The notes: generated by a model not told the origin, from the sequence alone. A stretch of 64,000 nt of DNA from an uncultured Acidobacteriota bacterium (GCA_963720105.1 CAVREL010000055.1:32903-96902); one strand, 5' to 3'; counted from the first letter of the stretch, positions 1 through 11,413 are shown. Program-made: numbers and translations.

Positions 1-2262
<2,262 letters not shown>

Positions 2263-2334
2263 TCTGGGAAAAAAGGGCGGGGAGAACCTGCGTGGTTACC
2301 TTGGAGAGTTACCCTGATTCTGCGCTCTGAGGTT

Positions 2335-2354
2335 ATTCTATTGGTCAATAGAAT
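2335..2354. promoter_or_regulatory. Perfect 9-bp inverted repeat upstream of uvrA, possible operator
   Basis: ATTCTATTG-GT-CAATAGAAT in the AT-rich divergent intergenic region. Confidence 0.4.
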
Positions 2355-2486
2355 CTAGGGTCAATGAAACGGGTTTTCTGCGAGAAGCGCAGATGCCCGG
2401 GTGGGCGCCGGGTACGCCAGCGCCTCGGAATACATTTATTTTGAAGTATTTTCAGGCCCCGGAATGGCGAGATGAAGGTGGATTAG

Positions 2487-2654
2487 ATGGCTGATTTATT
2501 TAATTTGGTGATGCTGGCTTGCGCCGCGGTTGGCGCGATGGCGTTTGGTGTCTTGGCGGCGTACGGATTGTTCCGGGTAGGGTTCACGCTGATGCGCCCT
2601 CGCCAGCAGGCTGTGCGGGTTAAGGCGCAGACCGAGGCTGCGTCGGTCCTATAG
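2487..2654 (+). CDS. Small 55-aa membrane protein, below the ORF-track cutoff
   Basis: My translation is MADLFNLVMLACAAVGAMAFGVLAAYGLFRVGFTLMRPRQQAVRVKAQTEAASVL. It has one TM helix and a GAAGGTG RBS-like motif upstream. Confidence 0.65.
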   Translation: MADLFNLVMLACAAVGAMAFGVLAAYGLFRVGFTLMRPRQQAVRVKAQTEAASVL

Positions 2655-2865
2655 CAGGTTCCTTTTTACAGAAGACCACTGTTTTGAAAGGGTACGGCTT
2701 TCCGCCTGCCCGAGCGGAGCCGAAGGGTGCGGCCAGCGCCTCAAGAACGAGGGATTTCGCCCCTGGAGGGACATTTTTCCCACTCGCGTTCCGGCATTTG
2801 TGCGATCAGGAGCCTGCCACGAGCCAAACGGAATATAGGAGAAAGCGGCCGGTCATTTCCCAATT

Positions 2866-3005
2866 GGCGACGATACGGGAATTTTGCCGTTCCACGCGGT
2901 CTTCGCTATCACAAAGCGCTGTCATCCTGACCCTGAGCAACGCGAAGGGGAAGGATCTGCGGTTGCTTTCGCGAGTTGCAGAGCGTCATTACTTCCGGAT
3001 TGGCC
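2866..3005. repeat. 140-bp REP-containing block, copy A (copy B at 40953-41092)
   Basis: 138/140 identical by eye to 40953-41092. Contains the TGTCATCCTGA..GAAGGATCTGCGGTTGC hairpin family. Confidence 0.9.
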
Positions 3006-3084
3006 GCTATAGGCTCGGAATGACCAAACAAAGCTCAAAATTTCCGTTAAGAGCCGTTGGGCGTGTGGGCTCAGTCGCACGATT

Positions 3085-3504
3085 TCAATGAGTGCCGAAT
3101 GGGTGGATCACCAATTCGCCATCGATGCTCTTTGCGTGATTGCCTGCGTTCAATAGCATCTCGATGATGGTTGCAGCCGCAGCCGATCGCAAAGTTGGCT
3201 GTATGTTCCCGGCGTCTTCCAACAATCGGAAAAGGTCGTTCCCAATGAACCTTACCTTTCCCTCGTCGCAGGCAGCCAGGCTTGAGAGTTCAGGGAACTC
3301 GGGGATAAGTGGAGGGACTTCTACACTTAAAACCGCTTGGTGAAGATAGTTTTGGTATCGCTCAGCGGAGATTCCCATTTCACGCAACAGGTCGCCCCAT
3401 TCTTCGTCCCCGAATGATCCGAATACCGTCGAATCTGTGGAACCGTTCATTCCTCTATGCCACACCTCAATCGTGTAGCGCCCTGCAACCGGATTGCTCG
3501 CCAT
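3085..3504 (-). CDS. Orphan hypothetical protein (139 aa), lower GC than its neighbours
   Basis: Clean ORF with TATTCT -10-like box 7 nt before the ATG, flanked on both sides by repeat arrays. Confidence 0.7.
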   Translation of the reverse strand: MASNPVAGRYTIEVWHRGMNGSTDSTVFGSFGDEEWGDLLREMGISAERYQNYLHQAVLSVEVPPLIPEFPELSSLAACDEGKVRFIGNDLFRLLEDAGNIQPTLRSAAAATIIEMLLNAGNHAKSIDGELVIHPFGTH

Positions 3505-3540
3505 GCGAGCAAGAATAGTGCAACGAATTGGGTCTGGGGC

Positions 3541-3940
3541 GTATCACCGCAAAAGAGGAAATAGCGAAGAACAACCGCAGATCCTTCGGCTTTGCCTCAG
3601 GATGACAACGTGGTGGGAGTTCGACGCGGGAGTGTGACCGCCAATGGCCGAAACTACATTCCTCAGGGCTGAAGCCCGGACGTTTTATGCGGCTTTGCAG
3701 CACGACTGAAGTCGTGCTCTTTCAAAACGTGTCGAAGCATTGCGGCACGACTGAAGTCGTGCCGTGTTACAAAGCGCGTCGAAATGTCCTATGACCGCCA
3801 ATCCGGAAGTTTGGAGAAGCAACCGCAGATCCTTCGACTCGCTACGCTCGCTCAGGATGACAACGCCTAGGAGTGCGTTGAAGCGGGGGGATCACCGCCT
3901 ATTCGGACATGACCTCGAAGGCATCCCTCTGGGGCTAAAG
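3541..3940. repeat. Tandem array of REP-like hairpin units, each opened by a T(C/G)ACCGCC-NAT-NCGGAA motif
   Basis: Motif at 3543, 3635, 3792 and 3891. Between them are GATCCTTCG..CAGGATGACA and GCACGACTGAAGTCGTGC palindromes. Confidence 0.8.
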
Positions 3941-4069
3941 AATGTGCGTGAGAACCCCCTCAATGGGGTTCCGAGGTTCCATGGAATGAGCTTTTTTAGA
4001 CAAAAGCAGCAAGTTAGCGTCGCTTCGCGACGTAGCGAGTTAGCAAGTTAGCGCTTGGATCCGAGTTCT
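3940..4069 (+). mobile_element. MITE-like element, copy 1 (right end truncated)
   Basis: Left end GAATGTGCGTGAGAAC follows GGGGCTAAA. Core AGCAAGTTAGCGTCGCTTCGCGACGTAGCGAGTTAGCAAGTTAGC. Confidence 0.65.
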
Positions 4070-4080
4070 GGAAATCCCGA

Positions 4081-4863
4081 TTAATGCGGCTGTTGTTGCT
4101 GTTGTTGTTGCTGCTGCTGATCCTGGATTTGCTGCTGCCGCTGCTGCAGTTCCTGCAACACCTGCTGCGGGGTGCGCGGAGCGCCCGGGGGACCTTGGGG
4201 GACCATCGGCATGGGCGGCCGGCCATTGATCAGCGGCGGCTGGACGGGCTGGTCTTCCGACTGCGGCTCGTCGGGGACATCCTCGTCGGACTGGTCCTGC
4301 GGCCGGTTGGCATTGGACGGATTCGGCCCGCTGTGGCGCGTGCTGAGCACGATCTGGCGCGGCGTGCCCGCTCCCTGGTCGCCGATCATCAGCACGTTAT
4401 AGTTCGAGCCGTGCAGGAGCTGGGAAATGACGTCGCGGGCGGCGCCCGGCCCGTATTCGCCAAAGACTCGCTCGTCGCTCCCCATTCCTTCCACCTTGGC
4501 GCCGGTATCGGCTGAAACCTCGTTGAGAATGTCGTGCAGGCTGGAGTTGTTGGCCTGGATCCGCAGACCCTGGCTATCCCATGTGATGGCGGGCTTGGCC
4601 GGGGTGTCGTTGACCGGCCAATGAGGCATTTCGGGCTGAGGCGGGGGCGCGGGCTGTGGCGGCGCGGGCGGAGGTTCGGCGGGCCGGCTATGGTGGCGCG
4701 GCGATTTCTTGGCGGCCGGATTGGTCGCCGAACCGGCGGCCGGCTGAGGCTGCTGCGCGGCGATGGTCATGGTTGCGATAAGGCCCGCTGCGACCAGGCC
4801 GAAACGCCGCCAGGAGCGCCGGCTCCGGCGTAAAGAGAATGGGGTGAAATGGATGCTGCTCAT
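4081..4863 (-). CDS. Secreted hypothetical protein with Pro-rich linker, secretin-N/STN-like core and poly-Gln tail
   Basis: Signal-like N-terminus, core LRIQANNSSLHDILNEVS..VFGEYGPG..VISQLL, Q-rich C-terminus. Start uncertain. Confidence 0.7.
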   Translation of the reverse strand: MSSIHFTPFSLRRSRRSWRRFGLVAAGLIATMTIAAQQPQPAAGSATNPAAKKSPRHHSRPAEPPPAPPQPAPPPQPEMPHWPVNDTPAKPAITWDSQGLRIQANNSSLHDILNEVSADTGAKVEGMGSDERVFGEYGPGAARDVISQLLHGSNYNVLMIGDQGAGTPRQIVLSTRHSGPNPSNANRPQDQSDEDVPDEPQSEDQPVQPPLINGRPPMPMVPQGPPGAPRTPQQVLQELQQRQQQIQDQQQQQQQQQQPH

Positions 4864-4991
4864 GATGCTCGGCTCCCGCCGCCGACCAGAGAAGGCTCGC
4901 AAGGAAATTCGGGCCGTCCCTCTGTACTAGACTATCAGTGACCCACGGACGCTCGCAGCGAAGAGCCCGGGCGGGGAAGGATGCCTGACAG

Positions 4992-6077
4992 ATGCGCGAT
5001 GGCGCAATGACTCGGGGTTCCCACGAACAGCTTTTTCTTCGTGGGGTGGAAGTGCCTTGGAGCTGGAAACAAAGGATTTGGACGAGCCTGGCCGGAGCCG
5101 CCCTGTTGGGCGCTTTTCTTCTCGCGCCGGACGCCGCCCAGGCCACCACCTGCACGACCCAGGCGGAGATGAATCCCCCGGATCGCGACACGCTCGCCTC
5201 CGCCGGCCAGCAACTGGGCAATGCCGTTGTCCAGCAGGATTTTGCCTCTATTCAGGGAACGCTTTTGCCCGCCGTCGTTCCGCAGTGGGAGGGAATCCGG
5301 GGGGTAATCGAGCAGGGCGGGTCGTACGTCAAAGGCGGGCAGGTCCAGCTCAATACGCTGTATCTTCTCGACGCGACTTCGTTAACCGCTCCGGGCGATG
5401 CGCAGTTTTTCTGCTCCAACGCCAACGGGTCGCTCACCGTGACGGTCTCGATGCGGTCGCTTCCTCCGGGCAAATATGCCTTGATCCTGGGTTACGTGCT
5501 GGGACCCATCCCCGCGCAGGCGGCGCCCGGCACGGTGGGGCAACTGGCCTTCATCCTGGGGCTGGAAGACAATGCGTGGAAGCTGGGCGGCGTGTTTCTC
5601 CGGCCCGGCATGCTGGACGGTCACGACGGGGTGTGGTGGTGGCAGCGGGCGCGCGAGCTGGCCCGGCAGGAGGCGCCCTGGAGCGCCTACTTCGCTTACG
5701 ATACCGCTCGCTACCTGCTCCTGCCGGTGGACTTCATCTCCTCGCCCAACATGGAGAAACTGGGGCAGGAGCAGGCGCTGATCAAGAATTCACCCGCCGA
5801 GGCGTTTCCTTATTCGGTTCCCGATGCGGCGCGCACCTGGAAGATTGATGCGGTGCGGTTCGACGCATCGCTGCGGCAGGCCGACCTGGCGGTGACCTAT
5901 GAATCGACCGGCGTTACCGATCCGGCGGCGGTGCGCACCGAGGCGACCGCGGTCCTGGGCGCGTTCCTGAAAGCGCAACCCTCGCTGCGGCAGAATTTTC
6001 ACGGGCTGTGGGCCTACGCGGCGAAGGGCAACGGGGCAACTCCGGTGATGGAGCTGCCCATGGGGCAAATACCTTAA
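4992..6077 (+). CDS. Secreted hypothetical protein
   Basis: Long ORF with typical codon usage and signal peptide ending AAQA. The true start is probably near 5050. Confidence 0.75.
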   Translation: MRDGAMTRGSHEQLFLRGVEVPWSWKQRIWTSLAGAALLGAFLLAPDAAQATTCTTQAEMNPPDRDTLASAGQQLGNAVVQQDFASIQGTLLPAVVPQWEGIRGVIEQGGSYVKGGQVQLNTLYLLDATSLTAPGDAQFFCSNANGSLTVTVSMRSLPPGKYALILGYVLGPIPAQAAPGTVGQLAFILGLEDNAWKLGGVFLRPGMLDGHDGVWWWQRARELARQEAPWSAYFAYDTARYLLLPVDFISSPNMEKLGQEQALIKNSPAEAFPYSVPDAARTWKIDAVRFDASLRQADLAVTYESTGVTDPAAVRTEATAVLGAFLKAQPSLRQNFHGLWAYAAKGNGATPVMELPMGQIP

Positions 6078-6080
6078 ATG

Positions 6081-6179
6081 CAGTGGTCAGTGATCAGTGG
6101 TCAGTGATCAGTTCAGGTTTCCACACGCGGCGGGCACTTCTAACCACTAACTACCACTAACCACTAATCACTAACCACT
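6081..6179. repeat. Inverted pair of heptamer arrays (CAGTGRT)n ... (AAYCACT)n
   Basis: CAGTGGT/CAGTGAT x4 after the stop codon, then TAACCAC-type pyrimidine-rich array before the ltaE RBS. Confidence 0.85.
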
Positions 6180-6197
6180 CGTTCCAGGAGAACCGTA

Positions 6198-7250
6198 TTG
6201 GCAGAGCTTATCGATCTACGTTCCGACACGGTAACGCGGCCGACGCCGGAGATGCGGGCCGCCATGGCGGCCGCCGAAGTTGGCGACGATGTGTACGGCG
6301 AAGATCCCACGGTGAACCTGCTGGAGAGCCGTGCCGCCGCGATCTTCGGACGCGAGGCGGGGCTGTTCGTGCCTACAGGTACCATGGGCAACCAGATCGC
6401 GCTTCGCCTGCTGACGCAGCCGGGACAGGAAATTATCTGCGAATCGCGCGCCCACATTCTCGATTACGAGATGGCCACCGCCGCGGTGTTCTCCGGCTGC
6501 CTGATCCGCGCCGTGCCCACAAAGCGCGGCACGCTGACCTGGAAAGACATCGAGCCGGTGATTTACGGGCGCGGGAATTTTCGCGCTGCAACCGGGTGCA
6601 TCGAGATCGAGAACACCGCCAACCTGACCGGCGGGCGCGTGACGCCGCTCGCTGTGATGCAAGAAATCTGGGAAAACGCAAAACAGCGGAAGTTGCCGGT
6701 GCATCTGGATGGGGCGCGCATCTTCAATGCGGCAACCGCGCTGGGCGTGGACGTTAAAACCCTCACGCGTGGATTCGAGACCGTGATGTTCTGCCTGTCG
6801 AAGGGGCTGTGCGCGCCGGTCGGCTCCATGCTGGTGGGCTCGCGGGAGATGATGGACCAGGCCCGCATCTATCGCAAAGCGCTCGGCGGCGGCATGCGCC
6901 AGGCCGGAGTGCTGGCGGCGGCGGGACTGATCGCGCTGGAGCAAATGCCGGCCCGCCTGCACGAGGACCACGCCAATGCGCGGCTGCTGGCCGAAGCGCT
7001 GTCATCGATGGAGGGCGTGGCGATCGACCTGCACGCGGTAGAGACCAATATCGTGATCTTCCACGTGACCGGGAATCTTTCCGCGTCCGACCTGGTGGAC
7101 CGGCTGAAGGTGCGGGGTATTCTTGCCAGCACCATCGGGCCCGATGCGATCCGCCTCGTGACCCACAATGACGTGAATCGCGGGCAGTGCATCACCGCCG
7201 CCGAGGCGCTGACCGAGGAGTTGGAAACGGCGGCAACTGCGCGCGCATAG
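6198..7250 (+). CDS. ltaE: Low-specificity L-threonine aldolase
   Basis: IDLRSDTVT, GDDVYGED, HLDGARIFNA and PLP lysine in CLSKGL. Confidence 0.92.
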   Translation: MAELIDLRSDTVTRPTPEMRAAMAAAEVGDDVYGEDPTVNLLESRAAAIFGREAGLFVPTGTMGNQIALRLLTQPGQEIICESRAHILDYEMATAAVFSGCLIRAVPTKRGTLTWKDIEPVIYGRGNFRAATGCIEIENTANLTGGRVTPLAVMQEIWENAKQRKLPVHLDGARIFNAATALGVDVKTLTRGFETVMFCLSKGLCAPVGSMLVGSREMMDQARIYRKALGGGMRQAGVLAAAGLIALEQMPARLHEDHANARLLAEALSSMEGVAIDLHAVETNIVIFHVTGNLSASDLVDRLKVRGILASTIGPDAIRLVTHNDVNRGQCITAAEALTEELETAATARA

Positions 7251-7289
7251 AGCGGTTTCTGAAGGGCATGAAACGGCGGATATTTTTTA

Positions 7290-7481
7290 AACAAATACAG
7301 CAAGTCAGCGTCGCTTTGCGGCGTAGCGAGTCAGCAAGTCAGCCCTGAGATCCAGATCTGAGAAGGTGATTCCCTTCCCGGTTGAGAACTCGTTTTTTAT
7401 GACAAAGACAGCGAGTTAGCGCCGCTGCGCGGCGTAGCAAGTTAGCAAGTTCGCGCGAAAATCCAGTTCTCACGCAACCAC
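7290..7481 (+). mobile_element. Two tandem MITE-like cores; the right end of the second overlaps the stop of the next gene
   Basis: Core CAGCAAGTCAGCGTCGCTTTGCGGCGTAGCGAGTCAGC occurs twice. TGAGAACT ... AGTTCTCACGCAACCAC ends. Confidence 0.7.
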
Positions 7482-8174
7482 GAATGATTGCGCGGCGGGC
7501 GCGGTGTCAGATTGCGCGAGGGTGAAATCCGCAAACACAAACGCGCCGCGATGGACCACTTCACCCTGGGTGAGTGCTATGGGATGGGCAAACATCGGTC
7601 CCGCATACGCGCAGGAGTGAAACTCTCCGCGCTCGCCACACGGGTCGACGTTGCCGGGAAGGTCGCGCAACAGCGATTCATCAAAGTCTCTTCCGGCGAA
7701 AGAGGCCGGGAGCTGCGCCGTGTCGATGCAAACCACCTTGGCGCGCAGGCCCGCGGCGATCATGTCGCGCGCCAGTTCATGGGTGGGGATCTGCCAGAGG
7801 GGAAACAGCGGCTCCAGCCCGGTCGGTTTCAAGTGGGTTTCGCGGTAGGCGCGGATATCTTCGAGGAACAGATCGCCGAATGCGATGGCATCGACGCGCT
7901 CGGCGATGGCGCGATCGCAAGCCTGTCTCATGCGGTCTTCGAAGATTTCATTGGAGCAGGGCCAGGGCAGAGGCACGATCCACACGGGCAACTGGGCCGC
8001 CGCGGCCTGCGCCTCCAGCACGGCATGGCGCGTGCCATGCATGGCCACGCGATCGAACTCCATGTTGACCGTGGTCAGCAGGCCGACGATTTCGATGTCG
8101 GGTTGGCGGCGCAGGACGTGCAGCGACCAGGCGCAATCTTTTCCGCTGCTCCACGACAGAAGGACCCGTTTCAT
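7470..8174 (-). CDS. PP-loop ATP-binding protein, diphthamide-synthase/MJ0570 family
   Basis: SWSSGKDC PP-loop, FGDLFLEDIRAYRE and DPCGERGEFHS. Confidence 0.88.
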   Translation of the reverse strand: MKRVLLSWSSGKDCAWSLHVLRRQPDIEIVGLLTTVNMEFDRVAMHGTRHAVLEAQAAAAQLPVWIVPLPWPCSNEIFEDRMRQACDRAIAERVDAIAFGDLFLEDIRAYRETHLKPTGLEPLFPLWQIPTHELARDMIAAGLRAKVVCIDTAQLPASFAGRDFDESLLRDLPGNVDPCGERGEFHSCAYAGPMFAHPIALTQGEVVHRGAFVFADFTLAQSDTAPAAQSFVVA

Positions 8175-8184
8175 GCGCCCGCTT

Positions 8185-9015
8185 TCACTTAATTTCGATC
8201 ACGTCGCTGCTGGATGCCGCGGCGGCTTCGGCGCGTTCCATCAGCTTGTGGGCCACGCCGTAGAACTCCGCGGCCTGAGGGCTCTTGGGCCCGGCGAGCG
8301 CCACCGGCAGGCCGCGGTCGCCGCCTTCGCGGATGGCCGGCACCAGCTCGATCGATCCCAGGAAGGGAACATTGAACTGCTTGGCGGTGCGCTCGGCGCC
8401 GCCCCTGGAGAAGATGTCGATCTCCTGGTGGCAGTGGGGGCAGGTGAAGTGGCTCATGTTCTCGACAATGCCGAGCACCTCGACGTTTACCTGGCCGAAC
8501 ATCTCCAGCGCCTTGCGCGCATCCTGCAGGCTCACGTCGCTGGGCGTGGACACGACGACGGCGCCGGTTAGCGGCACGGTCTGGACCAAGGAGATGACCA
8601 CGTCGCCCGTGCCCGGCGGAAGATCGACCACGAGGTAATCCAGTTCGCCCCAGTCCACCTGCTGCAGGAATTGGCGGATGATCTGGTGCAGCATCGGGCC
8701 GCGCATCACCATGGGCTTGTCGCCCGGGGAAATGTAGCCGATGGAGATGGTCTTGATGCCGTGGGTCAGGTTGGGGATGATCTGGTTGCCGGGGCCGACC
8801 GAGGGTTGCTGGCTCGAGCCCATCATCAGGGGAACGTTGGGGCCGTACACATCGGCGTCAATGAGTCCCACCCGCTGGCCCAGCTTTGAGAGCGCGATGG
8901 CGAGATTGACGGCCACGGTGGTTTTGCCCACTCCGCCTTTGCCGGAGCCGATGGCGATGATTTTTGAAACGCCCGGCAACGCCACGGGCGACGGCATGGC
9001 ATGAGAATGCGCCAT
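8185..9015 (-). CDS. apbC: Mrp/NBP35 Fe-S cluster carrier ATPase
   Basis: GSGKGGVGKTT, DADVYGP, DLPPGTGD and ENMS..CPHC. Confidence 0.92.
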   Translation of the reverse strand: MAHSHAMPSPVALPGVSKIIAIGSGKGGVGKTTVAVNLAIALSKLGQRVGLIDADVYGPNVPLMMGSSQQPSVGPGNQIIPNLTHGIKTISIGYISPGDKPMVMRGPMLHQIIRQFLQQVDWGELDYLVVDLPPGTGDVVISLVQTVPLTGAVVVSTPSDVSLQDARKALEMFGQVNVEVLGIVENMSHFTCPHCHQEIDIFSRGGAERTAKQFNVPFLGSIELVPAIREGGDRGLPVALAGPKSPQAAEFYGVAHKLMERAEAAAASSSDVIEIK

Positions 9016-9060
9016 AGATTTTCGTTACTCCTTTGGAGGCCGCTGAACACGCGCGAAAAC

Positions 9061-9144
9061 AGGGATTAGTGATTAGTGATTAGGGATTAGAGAAGACCAA
9101 GCCTGCAAGTTGTTCTAATCCCTAACCCCTAACCCCTAACCCCT
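9061..9144. repeat. Inverted telomere-like heptamer arrays (TAGGGAT/TAGTGAT)n ... (CCCCTAA)n
   Basis: AGGGATTAGTGATTAGTGATTAGGGATTAG followed by CTAATCCCTAACCCCTAACCCCTAACCCCT. Confidence 0.85.
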
Positions 9145-9190
9145 GCTTTTGCCTCGCCGCGTAAATTGCGAATGGTCCACAGGTGAAATT

Positions 9191-10027
9191 TTACAGGAGT
9201 GAGGCCCTCGGTTCCGCCGCCGTACTCGCGTTGGCCCCGTCTTCCTGTCCGGCGGCGTGCGCCAGCATTTGATGAAGAAGGCGCACACCGTCGGTGAGAG
9301 CAGCGGGTCCGGGCTGAAGGATGCATCCCGAAGGAATCTCGTAGACGTGGTGGTTGCGCACCGCCCGCATGGACGACCATCCCGGGCGCGAGCAGATGGC
9401 TTGATGATTCACTTTCATTCCACACCAGGAGGCGAACATGACCTCGGGATCGCGGCGGAGGACTTCGCCCGGCTCCACGACACGCTCCTGCGCCTTGCCG
9501 CAATGCCGAAGCTCGGGGAAGATCACTTCTCCGCCCGCAATCTCGATTAACTCCTCAACCCACCCGATTCCGCTGATCAGCGGGTCGTGCCACTCCTCGA
9601 AGTACACCGTAGGGCGATGCGGGAATTTCTGCGCCGATAACGAGATTTCGTCCAGGCCGCGGCGCAACTTCGCGACCAGAGCCTCGCCCTCGCGCGGTTT
9701 GCCGACCATGCGCGCCAGCATGGCAATCATGGCGAGGATTTCGCTGATGGTTCTCTGGTTGAAGTTGAGGACCGGCAGGCCGCGCAGGACAAGCTGGCGG
9801 GTGATCTCCGCCTGAACGTCGGAGAAGGTTAGAACCAGGTCGGGTTTGAGCGCCACGATGGCGTCGAAGTTGGCGTCGCGGAACGCCGAGATGCGGGGCT
9901 TGGTTCTGACCTCAGGCGGACGGGTCGAGAATCCTGAAACTCCGACGATGCGGTCCTGCTCGCCCAGCAAATACAGCGTTTCCGCGGTTTCGTCGGAGAG
10001 GCAAACGATGCGCTGGGGATGATTCAC
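9191..10027 (-). CDS. BtuF-like (helical-backbone) cobalamin-binding family protein without signal peptide
   Basis: PQRIVCLSDETAETLY..KPDLVL..YFEEWHDP..DPEV..SWCG..ILQPGP. Confidence 0.82.
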   Translation of the reverse strand: MNHPQRIVCLSDETAETLYLLGEQDRIVGVSGFSTRPPEVRTKPRISAFRDANFDAIVALKPDLVLTFSDVQAEITRQLVLRGLPVLNFNQRTISEILAMIAMLARMVGKPREGEALVAKLRRGLDEISLSAQKFPHRPTVYFEEWHDPLISGIGWVEELIEIAGGEVIFPELRHCGKAQERVVEPGEVLRRDPEVMFASWCGMKVNHQAICSRPGWSSMRAVRNHHVYEIPSGCILQPGPAALTDGVRLLHQMLAHAAGQEDGANASTAAEPRASLL

Positions 10028-10119
10028 GTCTGCTCTCCTCCGAATCGTACCAACCCGCAGTAGTGTGGGGCGCCATGCAGATCTCTTTTACCGTGTGGCA
10101 TCAACTGCATGTGCTTCTT

Positions 10120-10276
10120 TCGCCCCCTGCGGGGGCTGGACTTATTACGTTCACGGGCATTCCCCAGGCTTGCGCCTGGGGCTACCATCTCGCGCCCGCT
10201 TCGCGGGCTTTACGGTCAAAGCCTGGGCTGGGTGCTTCGGATATCAACTACCATCTCGCGCCCGCTTCGCGGGCTG
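10120..10276. repeat. REP cluster CGCCCCTGCGGGGCT / CCCAGGCTTGCGCCTGGG / GCCCGCTTCGCGGGC
   Basis: The same three-hairpin arrangement recurs at about 24215-24345 and 46697-46781. Confidence 0.8.
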
Positions 10277-10340
10277 GTCCTGATATAACCGTCGACATTT
10301 CATGACGCCCAAACTCGCTGAGCCTGGATGGGGCGGCAGT

Positions 10341-10895
10341 TCAATCCTGCTTGGCGGCCGCCGTTTCCATTTCCTTCTGCGCCGCGTAGGCCTGTTTTGC
10401 CTGCCGCCGACGTATGGCCTCGGCTTCGCGATACTCACGCCGCCGAAGGGCGCCTTCGTAGCGGCGCTGCTCGTCGACCGTGACCGGCTTGATTTCCGGG
10501 ACCCGTACGCGCTGGCCGTTCTGATCGATGGCCACAAACACGAGGTACGCGCTGGCCACGTGCAGCAGCACGCCGGTCTGGGGATGTTCGACCCAGACCT
10601 TCACACCCACTTCCATGGAAGTGTTGAACGCCCGGTTGACCCGCGATTTGAGAATCAGCAGATCGCCCACCTTCACCGGTTCGATGAAATCGATATGATC
10701 CATGGCCGCGGTCACGACATACGTCCGGGAATGCCGGAAGGCGGCCATCGCCCCGGTGAGGTCGATGAAATGCATCAGTCGCCCGCCCAACAAGTTGCCC
10801 AGGAGATTGGCGTCATTGGGCAGAATGATCTCCGTCATTTCCGACTCGGAGTCGGCCACCAGGCGGGGCGCCGGTTTGGATTCAGGAGAACTCAT
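10341..10895 (-). CDS. Acyl-CoA thioesterase (hot-dog fold)
   Basis: LPNDANLLGNLLGG, VVTAAMDHIDF and TSMEVGVKV. Confidence 0.9.
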   Translation of the reverse strand: MSSPESKPAPRLVADSESEMTEIILPNDANLLGNLLGGRLMHFIDLTGAMAAFRHSRTYVVTAAMDHIDFIEPVKVGDLLILKSRVNRAFNTSMEVGVKVWVEHPQTGVLLHVASAYLVFVAIDQNGQRVRVPEIKPVTVDEQRRYEGALRRREYREAEAIRRRQAKQAYAAQKEMETAAAKQD

Positions 10896-11085
10896 GCCGT
10901 GCCTTTTTCCTGAGGTGTTCGCTCGGCCACCACGTCCACCCCCTAAATGCCCTCAATCAATGTGGATTGCGATTGGCCGGCTTCCAGCTACAATGGAAGG
11001 ACGGGGCCAATCGGGGATACACTGTTCCAGTTTCGGCAATCGCCCCCAATTTACGCAAATCCCTCCCGGCGAGGCTCTCGCACGC

Positions 11086-11406
11086 ATGAGTACAGTAGAC
11101 AAGATTGCAGGACTAAAAGAGATTCTCGCGCTCGATCCGAAAAACAGCTTCGCCCGCTACGGCATCGCGGTGGAGCTGGCCAATCGGGGCGAGATCGACG
11201 CGGCCATGGGGGAGTTCGACAAACTTTTGGCGATCGATCCCGATTACACCGCCGGGTACTTCATGGCTGCCCAGACGCTCGCCAAGCACGGGCGCAACTC
11301 CGAAGCCATCGTGCGTCTCAAGTCCGGCATCAGTTGCGCGGCCCGCAGCGACAACCGTCACGCCCTCAGCGAAATGCAGAGCATGCTGGACGAACTGGAG
11401 AGGTAG
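11086..11406 (+). CDS. Small TPR protein
   Basis: DPKNSFARYGIAVE..DPDYTAGYFMAAQ TPR pattern. Confidence 0.85.
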   Translation: MSTVDKIAGLKEILALDPKNSFARYGIAVELANRGEIDAAMGEFDKLLAIDPDYTAGYFMAAQTLAKHGRNSEAIVRLKSGISCAARSDNRHALSEMQSMLDELER

Positions 11407-11413
11407 AAAAGCA

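Noticed and set aside
2294..2313. LexA box upstream of uvrA
   Set aside because: The GTTACC repeats do not fit GTTC-N7-GTTC spacing or sequence.
2684..3091. ORFs over REP arrays (also 3764-4051 and 44429-44948)
   Set aside because: They translate repeat sequence and lack coding signatures.
4088..4146. CAG/CAA trinucleotide tract as a phase-variation locus
   Set aside because: An in-frame, mixed-codon poly-Gln tail at the protein end. Changes in length would not alter the frame.
10030..10120. Cobalamin riboswitch upstream of the BtuF-like gene, and amino-acid riboswitch upstream of hom
   Set aside because: No recognisable conserved riboswitch boxes. The leaders are short or filled by REP hairpins.
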